Source: Chrysomallon squamiferum (Eukaryota > Animalia > Mollusca). From it: a DNA stretch of 64,000 nt. The notes below the pieces were generated by a model that saw only the letters and a list, made by a program, of their open reading frames with translations, had not been told where the DNA came from and ran no database searches. Numbering within the stretch: the first letter of the stretch is position 1; the number at the start of each line of letters is the position of its first letter. Below, piece by piece: positions 1-14,057 of the stretch. The position numbers and the translations under genes were made by a program. The DNA lies in the NCBI GenBank assembly GCA_012295275.1, contig CM022671.1, positions 1,116,001-1,180,000 of the forward strand. The letters run 5' to 3'.

Positions 1-814
1 GTATTTGTATATAATTAATATATAATTAATATTTTAAATACATTCTTACCATCTGCAAGCTACTAATATTCATTATGTGATTCCTTTCAAGAAGTATATT
101 CCATGTCATTAAATTTGTCAGAAAATGAATTTTAATCCCTTTCACTATCATCAAGTTTAAAAACTATCATCAGTTTTAAAATCACAATTTTCAGTACAGC
201 TGATTATACACATTAAAGTTTTGAGTAAACCAAGGGTCCAGGGTAAATCCACAACTGTTTAACACTTCACCTGTTAGAATTAGCCTGCGATGGAACAATG
301 TGGTCACACAGCAGTTGGGATCACACACTGTGCTTATTCTCTGGTGAAATGTTTTTCACATGCTGGTGTTGGGGACAGACAAGGGCTGGAGGAAGACAAG
401 TGGTGCAGCTCACCTGATGGGACAGAACACACCTGTAACATCCACTGCCAGCACTACAGTGAGCTCAGGCTCAGCTAGCACCCACTGACCTTTCTACCAG
501 TCATAAAACTGTTTACTCTCTTTGATGTTTCATGCTTGTTTTGAAGGTTTCACAGTTTCAGTTTAGCATTATAATGATTATTACAAATTAATTATATCTT
601 TAAAACAAATTTTATAAATTATGAAAATTAAAATATTAAAACAATTAGAAAGAAAAGTTAAAGGCCAGAAACTATCATTTTAGGTTATCTACTTTAAATG
701 ATAACTTTTGGAAGGGCTTTATTTTAAGAGTAATCATAAAGTACTATTTTTTAATAGTTTCAGATTCAATTTAAGATTTAGTCAACAGTCACCAAACACT
801 AAAAATTTTTTTTT

Positions 815-855
<41 letters not shown>

Positions 856-3373
856 TTACGTACAGGTTCCTGACCTTTCACATATCTCACTCATTATGAT
901 AGTGTAATTGCAGGAAGGACATTTCAACATTAGTTTGGGCAAATGCCAGTATATCAAGCAATCTTCTTTAGAATGTTTTCAAGAGGTGACAAACCTGAAT
1001 CTGACAGTTAAAACAGATACCATCACTACAGTGTTGATTACCAACTGATAAATATTCAACAATTATAACACGAAAACCATTAAAGTTATCTGTTTGGACA
1101 AAATCTCTTTTTTGGGGACACACCCACTGATGATGGTCAGGATTGGTCAGAGGTGGGTGTACTTTTCAACAGATGATTCAGACTAGCACTACAATCTTAC
1201 CATGATCTTCATATTACAGAAGCCAATAACACAACTAAACAATGTCCTGTTAGATAAAGCATAAACAAAACTCAAAGGTTACTGTGTAACTGAATTTTAT
1301 GAATATTTTCTGCATACATTGGACCAGTGATCAGAAGATTTTATTATCATTATATTATTGGTGAAATTGTAATACTTAGGAATATATGCCATAGTATCCC
1401 ATAGAGTTAGTATTTGTATGCCAGTCAATAACAACAACAACAAATACTTTTGCAAAGAATGACAATATGTATGTTTGTGTAAACTATTGTGTAAGTTGAC
1501 AAATTTTATTTGTCAAGAATCTGATGTAGTGTAATATATTATTCTGCATGTGATTGTTATAAAAAGAACCTTTACAAAATTCACGCTGCTATTTATGAGT
1601 TAATGGTTCTCTTTTTACTGACTTCAAATCCATTTCAAACAAATGAAATTTAAGACCTAGCCATATTTACCAAGAAAATCATTAAAAAAATAATTAAAAT
1701 TCCAGTAAAGAATGAACACTTTATAAGCAATGTGATAGCTGAGTGTGTGTATGTCTATTTATATTCTCCATTCTATTCGTAGACCAAGCTGAACTGTTTA
1801 AATTATGCAACCTATAGGGATAATAATAACAAATGCAAACCACAATTTGTAGAACAATTTCTATAACTGAACCATGAATATACAGAATATAAGAATCAAT
1901 TAGCAACAAAGCTCATGGCATAAACCTTTCTATGACACATTCAAAATGGCAAAACATGATTTTGCAATTACTGTAAGAATATATTCAAATTCATACATGC
2001 TAACACAATTCATTGGGTAACACAATTCATTTTGCTTTTGTGTTGCTTGACTAAACTTGGGTCATTTCATCAAGAAACCAATACAAAATAAGTCAATATA
2101 TTTTTCTATTTATGGAAATATATTTGTCAATATTTTGTGCTGGAGATTTGTCCCTATAATCTGCTAAAATGAGTTTTGTAGATACTAATAAATAAAAACT
2201 TATTTCAAGTTTTCATAAAATTATGGAAAGTTAAAATCAGATTTGAATTTTCAAAATAATGACAAAAGTTTAACTGATAAAATTCATGAATAGCTGACAG
2301 ACAGAAATAGTCTTGGAAATGTTCCTTTGTGAATCTTTGATTAAACATCCTTTAGACTTATCTCAGAATATATTCTGAATTATCAAAATAACTTTTTCCT
2401 GTTTGTATTTTATGTAAATGTATGAGTGGATATGTGTGTGTGTGTTAAAAAGCTAATATCAAAAGAATGATTATGTTCAGTGAATTATGTAATGTACACA
2501 TAGATTAAAATAAACAAGTCAAAGGCTGAAGTAATTGTTGGTTTGGAAATAAATACAGAACAGGATGTTTTCAGACTGTAATGAACATGTGTAACAGAAT
2601 AAAGATGCTCATCACACTTATTAAGCTGACAGGCTGCAGAAACAAAACTTCCTCAAAGCTCTCATTTCCAGTCAGCTTGAAAGTGCTCTTTACTGCTGAA
2701 AATGCTATTCTACTAAAAACACATAAAGTGAAATCAGTGTAAATGTTCTAACAAATGAAATGAGTGGGAATTCAAACAGCCCTACATGTGTAACGTATGA
2801 GAGCTGAGCCAGCTCTGTGTTCTATCTGCCTCTTCAAGTGAAGCAAAGTGTTGCAGCTCAGGGCCAATTATTGAACTGTTTTCTTCAATCTTAAATTTTT
2901 CACCTGAAGCCAACACTGCTGAGTGCTCACTAGCAGGCTTAAAAGAAATGAGTAATCCAGATTCTAAGTAGATGATTAAAGAAAATAATGACAGCATCAA
3001 TCACTTCTTTGATTTAATGTCATTTTTTTTTAAGTTATTATCCTTAAAGTTTCTATAGTAATACAATAGATTTTACAGAAGATTATAAAAAGGACACTTC
3101 ACTGGCAATTAAGCCATATCTTTACCAGCACAGAGTTTGAATCATGTTTTGAGAAAATATTCTGGTTATGCTTACTACAATGGATCTAACTTTAGGTAAA
3201 TACAATTAAGTAAATTTTAGACAGCTTATTGTCAGACTTAGGTTGACATGTGGCTTAGAACACACAATGATCAAAAGAAAATCCAAACAAGTAAATTTCA
3301 TTAAGACAAATTCTTAGTACCATTCTTTTTCTTTCACAAATAAAAAACAAGCATACATATTTCTACATATTTT

Positions 3374-3415
<42 letters not shown>

Positions 3416-3938
3416 CATAACTACAAAAAAATATATAAATTGATTCAAATATTAGCTTTACTTGTAACTGTTAATAATAAATTACTCCAAAATAAACAGT
3501 ATTTTCTTTTGTTAAAAAAGGAGATTTTTCTATAACAAATGGCTTTAATGATTATAAACATTGAGCTTGTTTATCTGTTGTCACTAAAAACATAAGATTT
3601 TATTCATTGAAAGTAATAGATATACTGAGGCTTTTCCAAAACATAATCTTTGTAAATGTTCTACATTCTTTTTACAAGCATTAATTGATTAAATGATAAT
3701 CATTAAATGTGAAATATTAAAAGTTCAAATGTAAAATAATAGATACACAATAATATGAACTATTTTGAACTTGTATGATAATTCTGTATTCAAAGTAAAT
3801 ATATAATAATAAGAATAATAACAAAATACTGCTAAAATGGAAATGTCTGAAGAATGCCAACATGAAAAGAAGGAAATCAATGAATGAATGGCAGTCTCTT
3901 TGATCAAGTACTCATCATGCAGGCTAAGCGATCCATAC

Positions 3939-3988
3939 CTTTTTTCCATCTCTAGCTGCTGAATTCGCATTCTCACAACCTGATGCAT
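3939..3988 (-). CDS. Candidate alternative first exon (MHQVVRMRIQQLEMEK+AG)
   Basis: ATG-initiated, AAG|GTATGG donor, phase 2 like the 36487 exon; retains CpGs. Confidence 0.4.
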
Positions 3989-6873
3989 TATGATGAAAAG
4001 GTTCAGCTATGTACACAATCCTTCACATGAGAAATATTCCAGTATGTCCTTGTGGTAATATCCTAACATCCAGTTCTAGCAGACACTGGCCCAGTAACAT
4101 TCCAACAGGGGCCATCGCTTTTGGTCCAAATTATGATGATTGCTGACCAGTCAAGTCCAATAGTATTGGACATTATCAAAGTTGCTGATTTTTCCAATAG
4201 CTAGCTCTCTAAGCAGGCAGCAAGCTGCAGTTGCATTGCTAATAAGCAAGTCTTATGTGCCAGTTGTGTGTGCAGCTAGCAGGTATTTCCTTTAGATAGT
4301 AGTAGTGAACACACAAAACATATAAAAAAACCAAAAAAATAAAACAGTCACCCAAAATCCAATCAATATTCCGTGCAGAATGAATACAGACTGGCAGCTG
4401 GTGAATGTATGGTATTACTGATATGCAGTTATTTATATCCAATCAGCTGACTGCTAGTTATTTGTTGCTGATAGTTTGTTCTGATGACAATGGGACATCC
4501 TATTGATGTACTAACACACACTGACAGAGTTATGCAAAACAGTGTGTGAAGTACCAAACATTGTTAAGTGTGGAGTAATTACACTGACATATAACAACAT
4601 TTAACACCTTGTAGGAATTCATACCATAAAGAGACTGTTGCATAAGAAGCCATATATCATTTTTGACTGATATTTGTGTCATTTTAACAATGAAAAAAAG
4701 AAATGATCCAAATCAAATATTTAATTGAACATTAAATATTTATACTGGTATACATAAATTTATTATTAACTTTATTGATAACAAAAAATATACAAAATGG
4801 GTTTAAAGATTTTTAATTTTTCATTCTTTAAATAACTTTTAAAAGAAATGATCTTGATTTTCCATGTGCATGTGTGTGTCTGTGTGTGCATGGTTCACTT
4901 TGGGGTTGGAATTAATTTGTATTTATTTATTTATTTAATTTTTTTTTTTATGCTGTTTTTTCTGATACAGTTAAATGCTAGCAAACGATGAATATTTTTC
5001 AAATTGTTGTTTTAGATTTATGACTGTTTGGCTGTTACAAGTATCTAAGTCCATTACCACAACTGATGGTGCATTTTAAACATTTTCATAAAATAGAAAA
5101 TGTGATAAATACATGTTTATCCAATGTCATTACAAAATTCAAAACAATAGCTGTACATGTAAAATGTCAGGTGAAGGTTAGGAGCAAATAAGGGCAAGTC
5201 CAAATGAACAGATTCATTATATTACTAAAAATCTCTACTTTTGTTGGAATGATAAACAATCAGTTACTCTTTATAATAACAAGCTTGGACAGGTTCAATA
5301 AATAAAAATAAATTAATGTGACACTGCAAAATTATCTGATATACTAACGTTTAAAAATTCCAAATAACATTAGTTTAAAATAAAAAGTACACAGTGATAC
5401 ACATTACACAAAACATGTTCAGTAGGAGGTAACTGTAGACCAGAGCTTGCCAAAATAAAAAGATATCAGATATTCTAAATGCTTTCTGCAAACATGTATT
5501 TCTTCTTACTTTCTGGAATCTCAAAGTAAAAAAAAAAAAAAAAAAAGTTATGAAAAATAAAAATATAAATACAAAATAAATGTCAGAAAAATAATGATAT
5601 CATTACCATTACAGGCTTTGTAAATTAATATCTAAGTAAAAGAAAATAAGAAGTAAAATTTTAAAAATCTTATCTAACACTGTCAGATTCCAAGTGATTC
5701 CAAGCTAATTTTAGCCCAGCTTCCTAACCCTTATCATTTGTTGCCATTTGAACCTGTTGCCATCATCAATCAATGGCAGAGACAGCCCAAAACTGGAGTC
5801 AGTCTCTGAAAAATGATGGAGGAAAGTGGTTCCAGAACAAATTCCATTCTCCTGCTTTGTCTGGTACCCATGAATAATTAATCATGTAGTAATATGAGAA
5901 TGAAATCAAGAAATATTTATATTATTATTTTAAAATGTGTTTTTAATGAAATTTATGTGAATTCTGATACATTCTTGCCATGTTCAAGAGCTGTTTCAAT
6001 GTACTGAACTTTAAAAATAATAAAGAAAAAATGAAAAAGTTAATATTTGTAGATTTAAAAAATACAAACAAAAAAATAAAACAAATCTGTTTTGAAGTTC
6101 ATCTCATTGTATCAAAATGTTACTGCAAATTTTCACTCACACTTTTCATTTATTTATTTTTGTTTTTAAAGTTTTAAAAAATGAGTAATGTATCTTCCAC
6201 TATTTCAATTAAAAAACAAAAAACAAAAAACCCATCACACCTGCATATATACGCATTCACATACACACTTAACATTCATGTAAAAAGCAAAACAAAAATA
6301 ACAATGGAAATGTATTTTCAAATTTAAAAAGATTAAAGAAAAAGGGAGGGGATGTTATTTCTACGCTTGGTCCAACATACCTTTCTACTGTTACTACTTA
6401 ATCCCAAGACAGTGGTGAGTACCTACATTAAACTTAGCAACTCAGTACTTATTTTCTTTAACAAACACAATGCACTTAGGTCAAAAGACTTTTAAGTTCT
6501 TCCACCATGGCAAAACCTGTCAAGTTCACTAGGTGTTCAGTGTAATAAAATAGCTCTAGTTTGTTGGTTGTAGGGTGAAGAAAGTATTTTCTGGGCCAGT
6601 GGATAAGTAAACTAAGTAAATGTGATATACAGATGCTTCCACCACACAATGCTTATCTTCACAAGGATGAGTGCATTAAAAAGGTAGATTTAATAGGGGA
6701 AAAAAAAAACGAATAAAAAGTACAGTGAAGAAAACAGTTTTAGAAGGTGTAATAAATTAAAAAAAAAAAATATATATATATACTGAATGGTTTATACTGA
6801 ATTTTTGAATATAAAAACAAATCATAGAAAATAATATTAGAAGTAATAATATATTAATATTTTAAAATAGCCG

Positions 6874-6930
6874 TGCACGCGCGCACGCGCACACACACAC
6901 ACACACGTACACGCACACACACACACACGT

Positions 6931-6964
<34 letters not shown>
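6874..6964. repeat. Compound (CA)n/(CG) microsatellite
   Basis: Read directly. Confidence 0.95.
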
Positions 6965-6966
<2 letters not shown>

Positions 6967-7973
6967 CCACCACCCTGTGTTCACCACTGTTCTACAATAA
7001 CTGTAACAAGAGAGTGTACACCTGTAACACATTGGTTGAGTGGACAAATACAATACACACATGTAAAATGTGTTTATCTGTAACTGTTCCATTACAGAAG
7101 AAAATATTATATTTCAAGGGTGGAAAATACCACATACCAAAAAAAAAAAAAAAAGATAAAAAATAAACTAATGACTTGATAATATTGCTTTATTCTTGCA
7201 AATTTGTACTGTACGAAGATATTATTATTTTTTTTTTTTTTTTTTTTTTTACTCAGAAACAATACAACAGATGAATCTAGAATAGGTTGTTTTTTAAAAC
7301 AGGACTAAGTGTTAATTTTACTATCAAAGCATACTTTAAATAATAAAGGAGACTATGAAATATTCTTCACATAGATAATAAAACTTTTTTAACCTGAATT
7401 CCACAGAAGAAATTTATTTTATCTCAATGCTATTTACAAAATCAAAATGAATAAACATCAGAAGATACTGAATATATTGCAATGAAGTACATCAGTGCAT
7501 GCATGCATGCATGTGTGTGTGTGTGTGTGTGTGTGTTTGATAAAAACTTAACTGACAAAACATTAGAATTTGATATTAAATAAATTAATTTAACAGTAAT
7601 TTTTATTTTAAATGCATAATGTATTATATATATATTTTTTTATATCTGGTTTTCATCTTATTGTTTTCTTTATGCATTGGTACACACATACAAGTGATTA
7701 AAGTGTCTGATTATCAATGATGAAATGTTTGGTGGAAACAGATGTTGAATTCTAAATAACACTGACATTTAATGCAGCTAGTGTGTGCACAATATTGATT
7801 TTGCCAAAGGAAAAATTTAATGAGTTGATGTAAATATTTATGACAGTTTTAAGTATATCTTGCATTTCACACATTTACAAAGCAATATAAAAATAATATT
7901 AAATTTACTAAAGGTAGACTGGAAGAGAAAAATATATATCTAGTTCAGAAACTCATATAGATTTATACTCAGC

Positions 7974-8040
<67 letters not shown>
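7974..8040. repeat. (AAT)n microsatellite
   Basis: Read directly. Confidence 0.95.
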
Positions 8041-8043
<3 letters not shown>

Positions 8044-10877
8044 GAAAATAAGTAAATGAAAACAAAACATTGATTAAAAAATATATATTTTTTTTTTTTT
8101 TTTTTTTTTTTTTAAAGTTCACTAAAAAAATAAACAAATTGGATAAGCTGCTCATTCTATTAAAATACATTTTAGAATTTAAAAACAAAAATCATGCAAA
8201 AAAACCTGACAAAGTCAAAACTAAGGTGGAACAAATGGTAAACTTGTACCTGACAGTTTTCCTGACCAGAGGTTACAGCCAAGCACACCCACTCAGTGCA
8301 GGAGTCAGCACACGAGTGTGGATCTGACAGTTCCTCACGCTTATCTCTTTTCTGTCTCTACACACATTACACCTTTTAACAACAGAGGCCTGGGTGAATA
8401 CTTTTATGAAGTAATGAATATCCAGACATAATGCCATGTATGTACAAGTATAGTCTGTGCAGTCAAATAAAAATAATAATTGAAGAAACAAGAATATAAT
8501 CCATTAATTTAATATAAATAAAAATATTTAAAAAAACAATAAAAAAAAAAAATGAAAAGCTAATTTTAATAAAATTAGGAGAAGAAAGTAAAGGAAAATT
8601 AATAATAATAACAACAATAACAACAACAACAAAAACAACAATAATAAAACAAAAGATAAGAATTTATGACTGATATTTTGGATTAACTGTTTTTTCTGAA
8701 GATGTGTTAAGTTTTACTTTGATGTCATTGTTTTTGTGTATTATGCAGTCTACCAACTAGGATAGTATTTAAAAACACAATTATATATTTATATCAGATC
8801 ACATCAAATTATGAAAAACTAATCCTAAAAAGGATTAATACAGTTTGTATGATTTGTTGAAGAAAATTTAGACTTTGAAGAACAATACAATACAAGAAAC
8901 CAAACTAAACAGTGAAATTGATGATTTAATAGAAGTCAGGACTGAAAATGCTAGCAATGTAAAACAAACTAACATCAACTTGATGACCTCACTGAACAAA
9001 TAAAGAGAATAAATGCTGTTTCCAATGCATGTCTTTCAGCACACAATATACAACCTGTGACAGTCTACACTTTCAACAGGACATTCTTTGCACGTTTGTA
9101 AAGGTTGTGCTAAGTTAGAAATCAACAAAACAGCTTGAAATCATTATTATAATCAAACAGACAATAGCACATAGCATATTGCAAACAACACAGACACAAC
9201 AACTCTATAGTCAGACATTTTTAAATGAAACAGAAAGATAACAATTAAATTTCAAATTTATTTATTTATTTTTTTTTTTTCATTTACTGTTTTGCTGTTT
9301 GTAGTCATATTTATTTATTGACTTTTTTCTGTTTATATTTATTTTTATTTTATGTATTTTGTTTTTAAAGAAAACATTTAAAAATAAAACATTTGTAATT
9401 GATATCTTTTAAAGTTATTTTTAGGAAAATACACTGTAACAAAATTCATAACTTTATTATCTATCAAAAAAAAAAATTATAAGATGCTTTTAAAGACAAA
9501 TGCACTGATACATAAAATTTATAATGCTGATTTAAAAAAATTAAAAAAATCATAAAAAGAAAGCAGCAAGATTATAATTAAAAAAAAATTAAACTGCTGT
9601 AAAACAGAAAAACAAAAACAAATAATAAAAATTGTTTAACATGTCATTAAAAAAGGTAGTTTTTAATTAGGCTAATTACCAAAAACAAATGAAACCTTGT
9701 GCGCTACTGTATGTCACTTTATCACCATCTCTCTTCCAGTCAGTTCAAAATGAAGTCTATTTACAGTTGCAAGCACAAAGCATGTCTAATCTTGGTCTGG
9801 CATATGGTGCCAACACCACTTTCATATTTTCCTAAGAAACTGTCAATAATGTAGTCACATGCAAACTCTGTTCAACATTGATTTTACTGCATTGTTATCC
9901 TAATACCATGGTGACATTCATCCCTAACCCATTATTCATTTTTTTTTTTTTAATTTTGTTTTAGAATAAAACCAAACATTTGCATTTCAAGGTTTGGTGC
10001 CAGTTGAGTAAGTTATTAAAACTGTAATTTATAATTGATACCACTGCACACGTAACTTAAGCTGTCAAACAAAGGCTTCCACTGAAATAATGAATTCCAA
10101 TTTTTTTTTATATTTATTTCAATAATAATAAAATGGAAAAAATAAAAATAGAAAACAAATAAATAAAAATAAGATAGACACCAAGAAAAGGAAGAGAATC
10201 TTAAGTATCTTATAATATAATTTTTATCAGAAAATTTATGTTTAACTCAATTATGTTTAATTTGGTTTTTATTTGCTGCTTGTGTTCTTGAATCTTGTTT
10301 ATCTCTCTTTCTTTTTTGTTATTTTTTTATCATTATTTATTTAATTTTATTTTATTTTTTTAAATATTTTTTGGGACAGTTGTTTTGTAAAGTATACAGC
10401 TTAGAAAACTGCATCTCTAATATATGAACACAAATGCTTATTTGAAACAAAAATAATCAAATCAAGAAGATGAAGTTTGTAACAAATTAGCAAACCAAAT
10501 ATTCTTAACAGCAAACACAATCAGTTGTGATTTTATTTTTATTTTTATTTTTTTTGCTGGTAGCAAACATGAAATACTTAAAGCTGTATACAATGAAAAG
10601 ATCATGCAGGATTTTCTTCCTTCATTTTTATTTTGCTTTAACTAAAAACAAGGATTTGCAGACAGCAAAATATTTATTTTTCTTATCTGCAGCTAGTGAT
10701 AAGATGCAGACAAAAGTAGCAGACATCAGACAAGAAGTTGCAACTTACACAGTTCAAAGATCAGACCCACAAAACGATTCACTTCATTAGCACCACTATC
10801 AAACAGTTAGGAATAGTCAGCTCAGGAAGGTAGATAGACTTGTATTTAACATGTGGATCTTCAGCAGGAAATAGACC

Positions 10878-11400
10878 ATAAAAATCAAAGATTAATGAAA
10901 AGTACTACTGCAGTGGAGGTTCAGTTCCAAGGTTTACAGTAGTAGATCAGACAACACTATTGTAATGTTTTCTGATGCCAGATTTAAAAAAAAAAAAACA
11001 TACATTAAGATATAAAATTGCAGATCAGTAGCAATTATATTGTTATGGAAGTTTAGCTGCAAAACATAAAATTAAACAGAAAATGTTTGCAAAGGAAGTT
11101 TGGCTCCAAGGTATAAAATGGTAGGCAGAACATTACTATAACAATGAAGATCAAATAGAATACAAGATTGTAACTCAGTTATTGCAGCAGAAATAAGGAT
11201 TCAAGATATAAAATAATAGTTTAATAACAATACTATGCTAATGGAAGTTTGACTGCAAGGTATAAAACAATAGATTAATGAAAATATTGCTGCAAGGTAT
11301 GAAATGTGGATCACCAATTAATTTTATAACATAGCACATGATTAGGGATAGTCAATACATTATTACTTAGAAATGGGCATTTGGCTCCAAGATATGTAAT
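10878..11400 (+). repeat. Degenerate minisatellite, ~50-bp unit
   Basis: Recurring core GGAAGTTT(G/A)GCT(G/C)CAAGGTATAAAA near 10915, 11047, 11094, 11243, 11289 and 11376. Confidence 0.7.
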
Positions 11401-11476
11401 AATAGATCCACAATCACCAGTTTTCTGATAGTTTAGCTTTGTAGTTTTATAAATAAAGATAAAAAATGTGCATGCC

Positions 11477-11479
<3 letters not shown>

Positions 11480-11565
<86 letters not shown>

Positions 11566-11591
11566 TCACACACACACACACACACACACAC
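11480..11591. repeat. Compound (CT)n(CA)n microsatellite
   Basis: Read directly. Confidence 0.95.
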
Positions 11592-11875
11592 TTTGCCAAA
11601 ATGTTGTAACTATCAGTTTGCAAACAACAACAATATGTTCATATTTCAATCAACAGGAAGAAAACATCTGATAAACTGACACTCAGATCACTTCATTTCC
11701 CTAGATCCTTGTCTATGTTGTTCTTGTGGTGAACATAATCTGACTAGTAAACTACATGAAGCTGGGTTAATGTCCCCTGGGGCAATTCCTGACAGGATAC
11801 CCCATTGTGGTAATGAAGACAACTACATAAAAGATTGGTCCATGTGGCTGAAGGACGTGAATTCCCACATGGACA

Positions 11876-11925
11876 GTAACTAACCATGAACAAACAGTAA
11901 ATAACCATGAACAAACATTAAATAA
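11876..11925 (+). repeat. 21-bp tandem duplication
   Basis: AGTAA(C/A)TAACCATGAACAAAC x2 plus a partial third copy. Confidence 0.8.
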
Positions 11926-13517
11926 TGATATTTATAGGAAACAAACCATATTTTCTGTGAATATAAAGAACCTTGAAAACAAATTACCAAATTACCAAAT
12001 ATAACAAGCCATATGTCAAGTACAAATTTCTTATATATCTAACTAGTAAAAACATGTAATGAATGAATGAATGTATGCATGTATTTTAGATATATGTATA
12101 TATGTATATTTGTATTACTCATGCAATAAACACATGTTTATTATTTACTTATTTACATCTGTTTTGTATAAGTTTTTACATTTATCTCATTTTTATATTT
12201 TTCTTTCATTATTTGTTTTTTTTTGTTGTCTGTTTTACTGAATATATACACTTACAGCAAGACCATTTTATTATTAAGTGGATGTATATTTATTATTAAT
12301 ATTATATTTTATTTTAGGGATGGCTTGAATTCATGAATAAATTTACTGAAAACCAAGACATTTAAAAATGAAATCTTACTGATGTAGTAATACATAACAT
12401 TTTATTTACTTCCTTTAAGCTGTAGAAAAATCTTTTTTTAAAACCAAACTACAATTATTTTATTATACAAATAAAAACAGACTTAAGTAAAGCATAAGTT
12501 TTGTATATATTGTGAGCCTTGTTTGCTGTTTTTCTTTATCATTTCCCATCATTATTTTCTTTCTTTCACTTGTCATTTGACAGTAGCTATATTTCTCATT
12601 CAAATATGTGAATATGCATACCCATATATACAGATCGAGTTCTAAAAACATTTATCAATATATGCAACACGTGCGCAAAGACATGTATACAGTTGTCAGC
12701 AGATAAATTCAGCTGTTGTCATTTCTAATTCTTTAAATGATGATATGAATTAAACATATTAATACCATTCTTGCCTTAAAACAAAAACAAAAAATAGTAA
12801 TAATAAAAAATAAAAATAATAATATAAAAAAATTAAAACAAAAATACAAATAGAAATCTGTAGTCTCAAATAGACTTTTGGTTGTAACACTATGTAAAGC
12901 CACATTACTATAAATGTTTTCTATATTTACAGACTCATATAAATCAACTTATGACACATACACATCATTTCTGGTTGTCAGTATTTGAAAAAAAACTACA
13001 ACTGACATGTGTTGACCAGTGATTTTGCATGTTTCTTGTGACAGGTCATGTAAATTTCAATCAAGGCAGACATTATTTGAGAGACAGAAGTAGGTTGGTG
13101 AGTCATCAAGGAAAATCAATGTGGATGCATGTCCTGCTGACAACTAAACACCACACCAGTTGTTTATTTTATGCAGTTTAGTTATTAATAGAAGCATTTA
13201 AAAAAAACACACTAAATAATTTAATTATAATATATGTTTTAGCTTTTAATTTTTGGTTAAAGTTATGCTTATGTACTTGTATTCTAATTTAAAATTACTG
13301 TTCAACAATCTTCTTTTTTAATTATTATGTTAATCAGTTTAAAAATTTAAACATTTTTGTATTCATTTTTTAAACAGTATAATTACCTTAGTTCAAAATT
13401 TAAATTATTTTCACATTTTAAAACTATTTAAAATATTTCATTTAAAATATTTGAATTTGTAAAGGCTACAATTAGTAACATTAAATATATAAATTCAAAT
13501 AGACTGCCTTACAGTAT

Positions 13518-14057
13518 TTGACACTTACGTATTTCTACATGTCATATGATTTGCACATATTAAGATAAAAAAAAAATGCCTGCCATTTAGCCATTAAAAA
13601 AAAAAAAAATAATAATAATAATAATAAAATAATAATAAAAATAAATAAAATTACAAGTATACTCTAGTTCTTTTTTGTAACACATGTGAAATGTTTATAA
13701 AAAAATGTATATATAGATATATATATATATTATTGCAAAATTATAGTACTTGTTACTGTTCACTGCAATACAATAGTAGAATTTCTAATCTTGTCAGTAT
13801 ATAATCATGCAAGAGTTACCTCCCCTGTTACAATAGTATTACTTCTTTTGACAACTCAAACCTATCAGGTTGCAAATATTAGGACAACTATGTTGAGACT
13901 TCTATGATAATTAAAAAAAATTAAACTGAGAATTAAACTGCATCCAAAAATACAGAGAAAAATACAGTTTGGGATTTGTATATAAAAAATGTCATTAGAA
14001 CCACAAATTGAACTGTGCAAATGATATGACATGTAAAAATGATATCACAAGTGTCAA
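13518..14057. mobile_element. MITE-like element with ~40-bp imperfect terminal inverted repeats
   Basis: TTGACACTT...TACATGTCATATGATTTGCACA (13518-13557) versus TGTGCAAATGATATGACATGTA...AAGTGTCAA (14014-14057). Confidence 0.65.

Noticed and set aside
4128-4192. C/D snoRNA-like ATGATGA...CTGA around the palindrome GTCCAATAGTATTGGAC
   Set aside because: Too short, weak terminal stem, and antisense to the host gene.
10878-11400. CRISPR-like interpretation of the repeat array
   Set aside because: Eukaryotic context, degenerate repeats, mutually related spacers, no cas genes.
6862-11671. ORFs with TH/VC/RE/SL/poly-I runs (also 54842-55872 and 63304-63516)
   Set aside because: Translations of microsatellites and homopolymers.
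13529-13545. Phase-2 ATG-to-GTAAGT mini exon (MTCRN); similar ones at 12256-12266, 29647-29666 and 30456-30490
   Set aside because: The first lies in a MITE terminus; the others have poor exonic donor bases and little or no CpG context. They illustrate the chance background.
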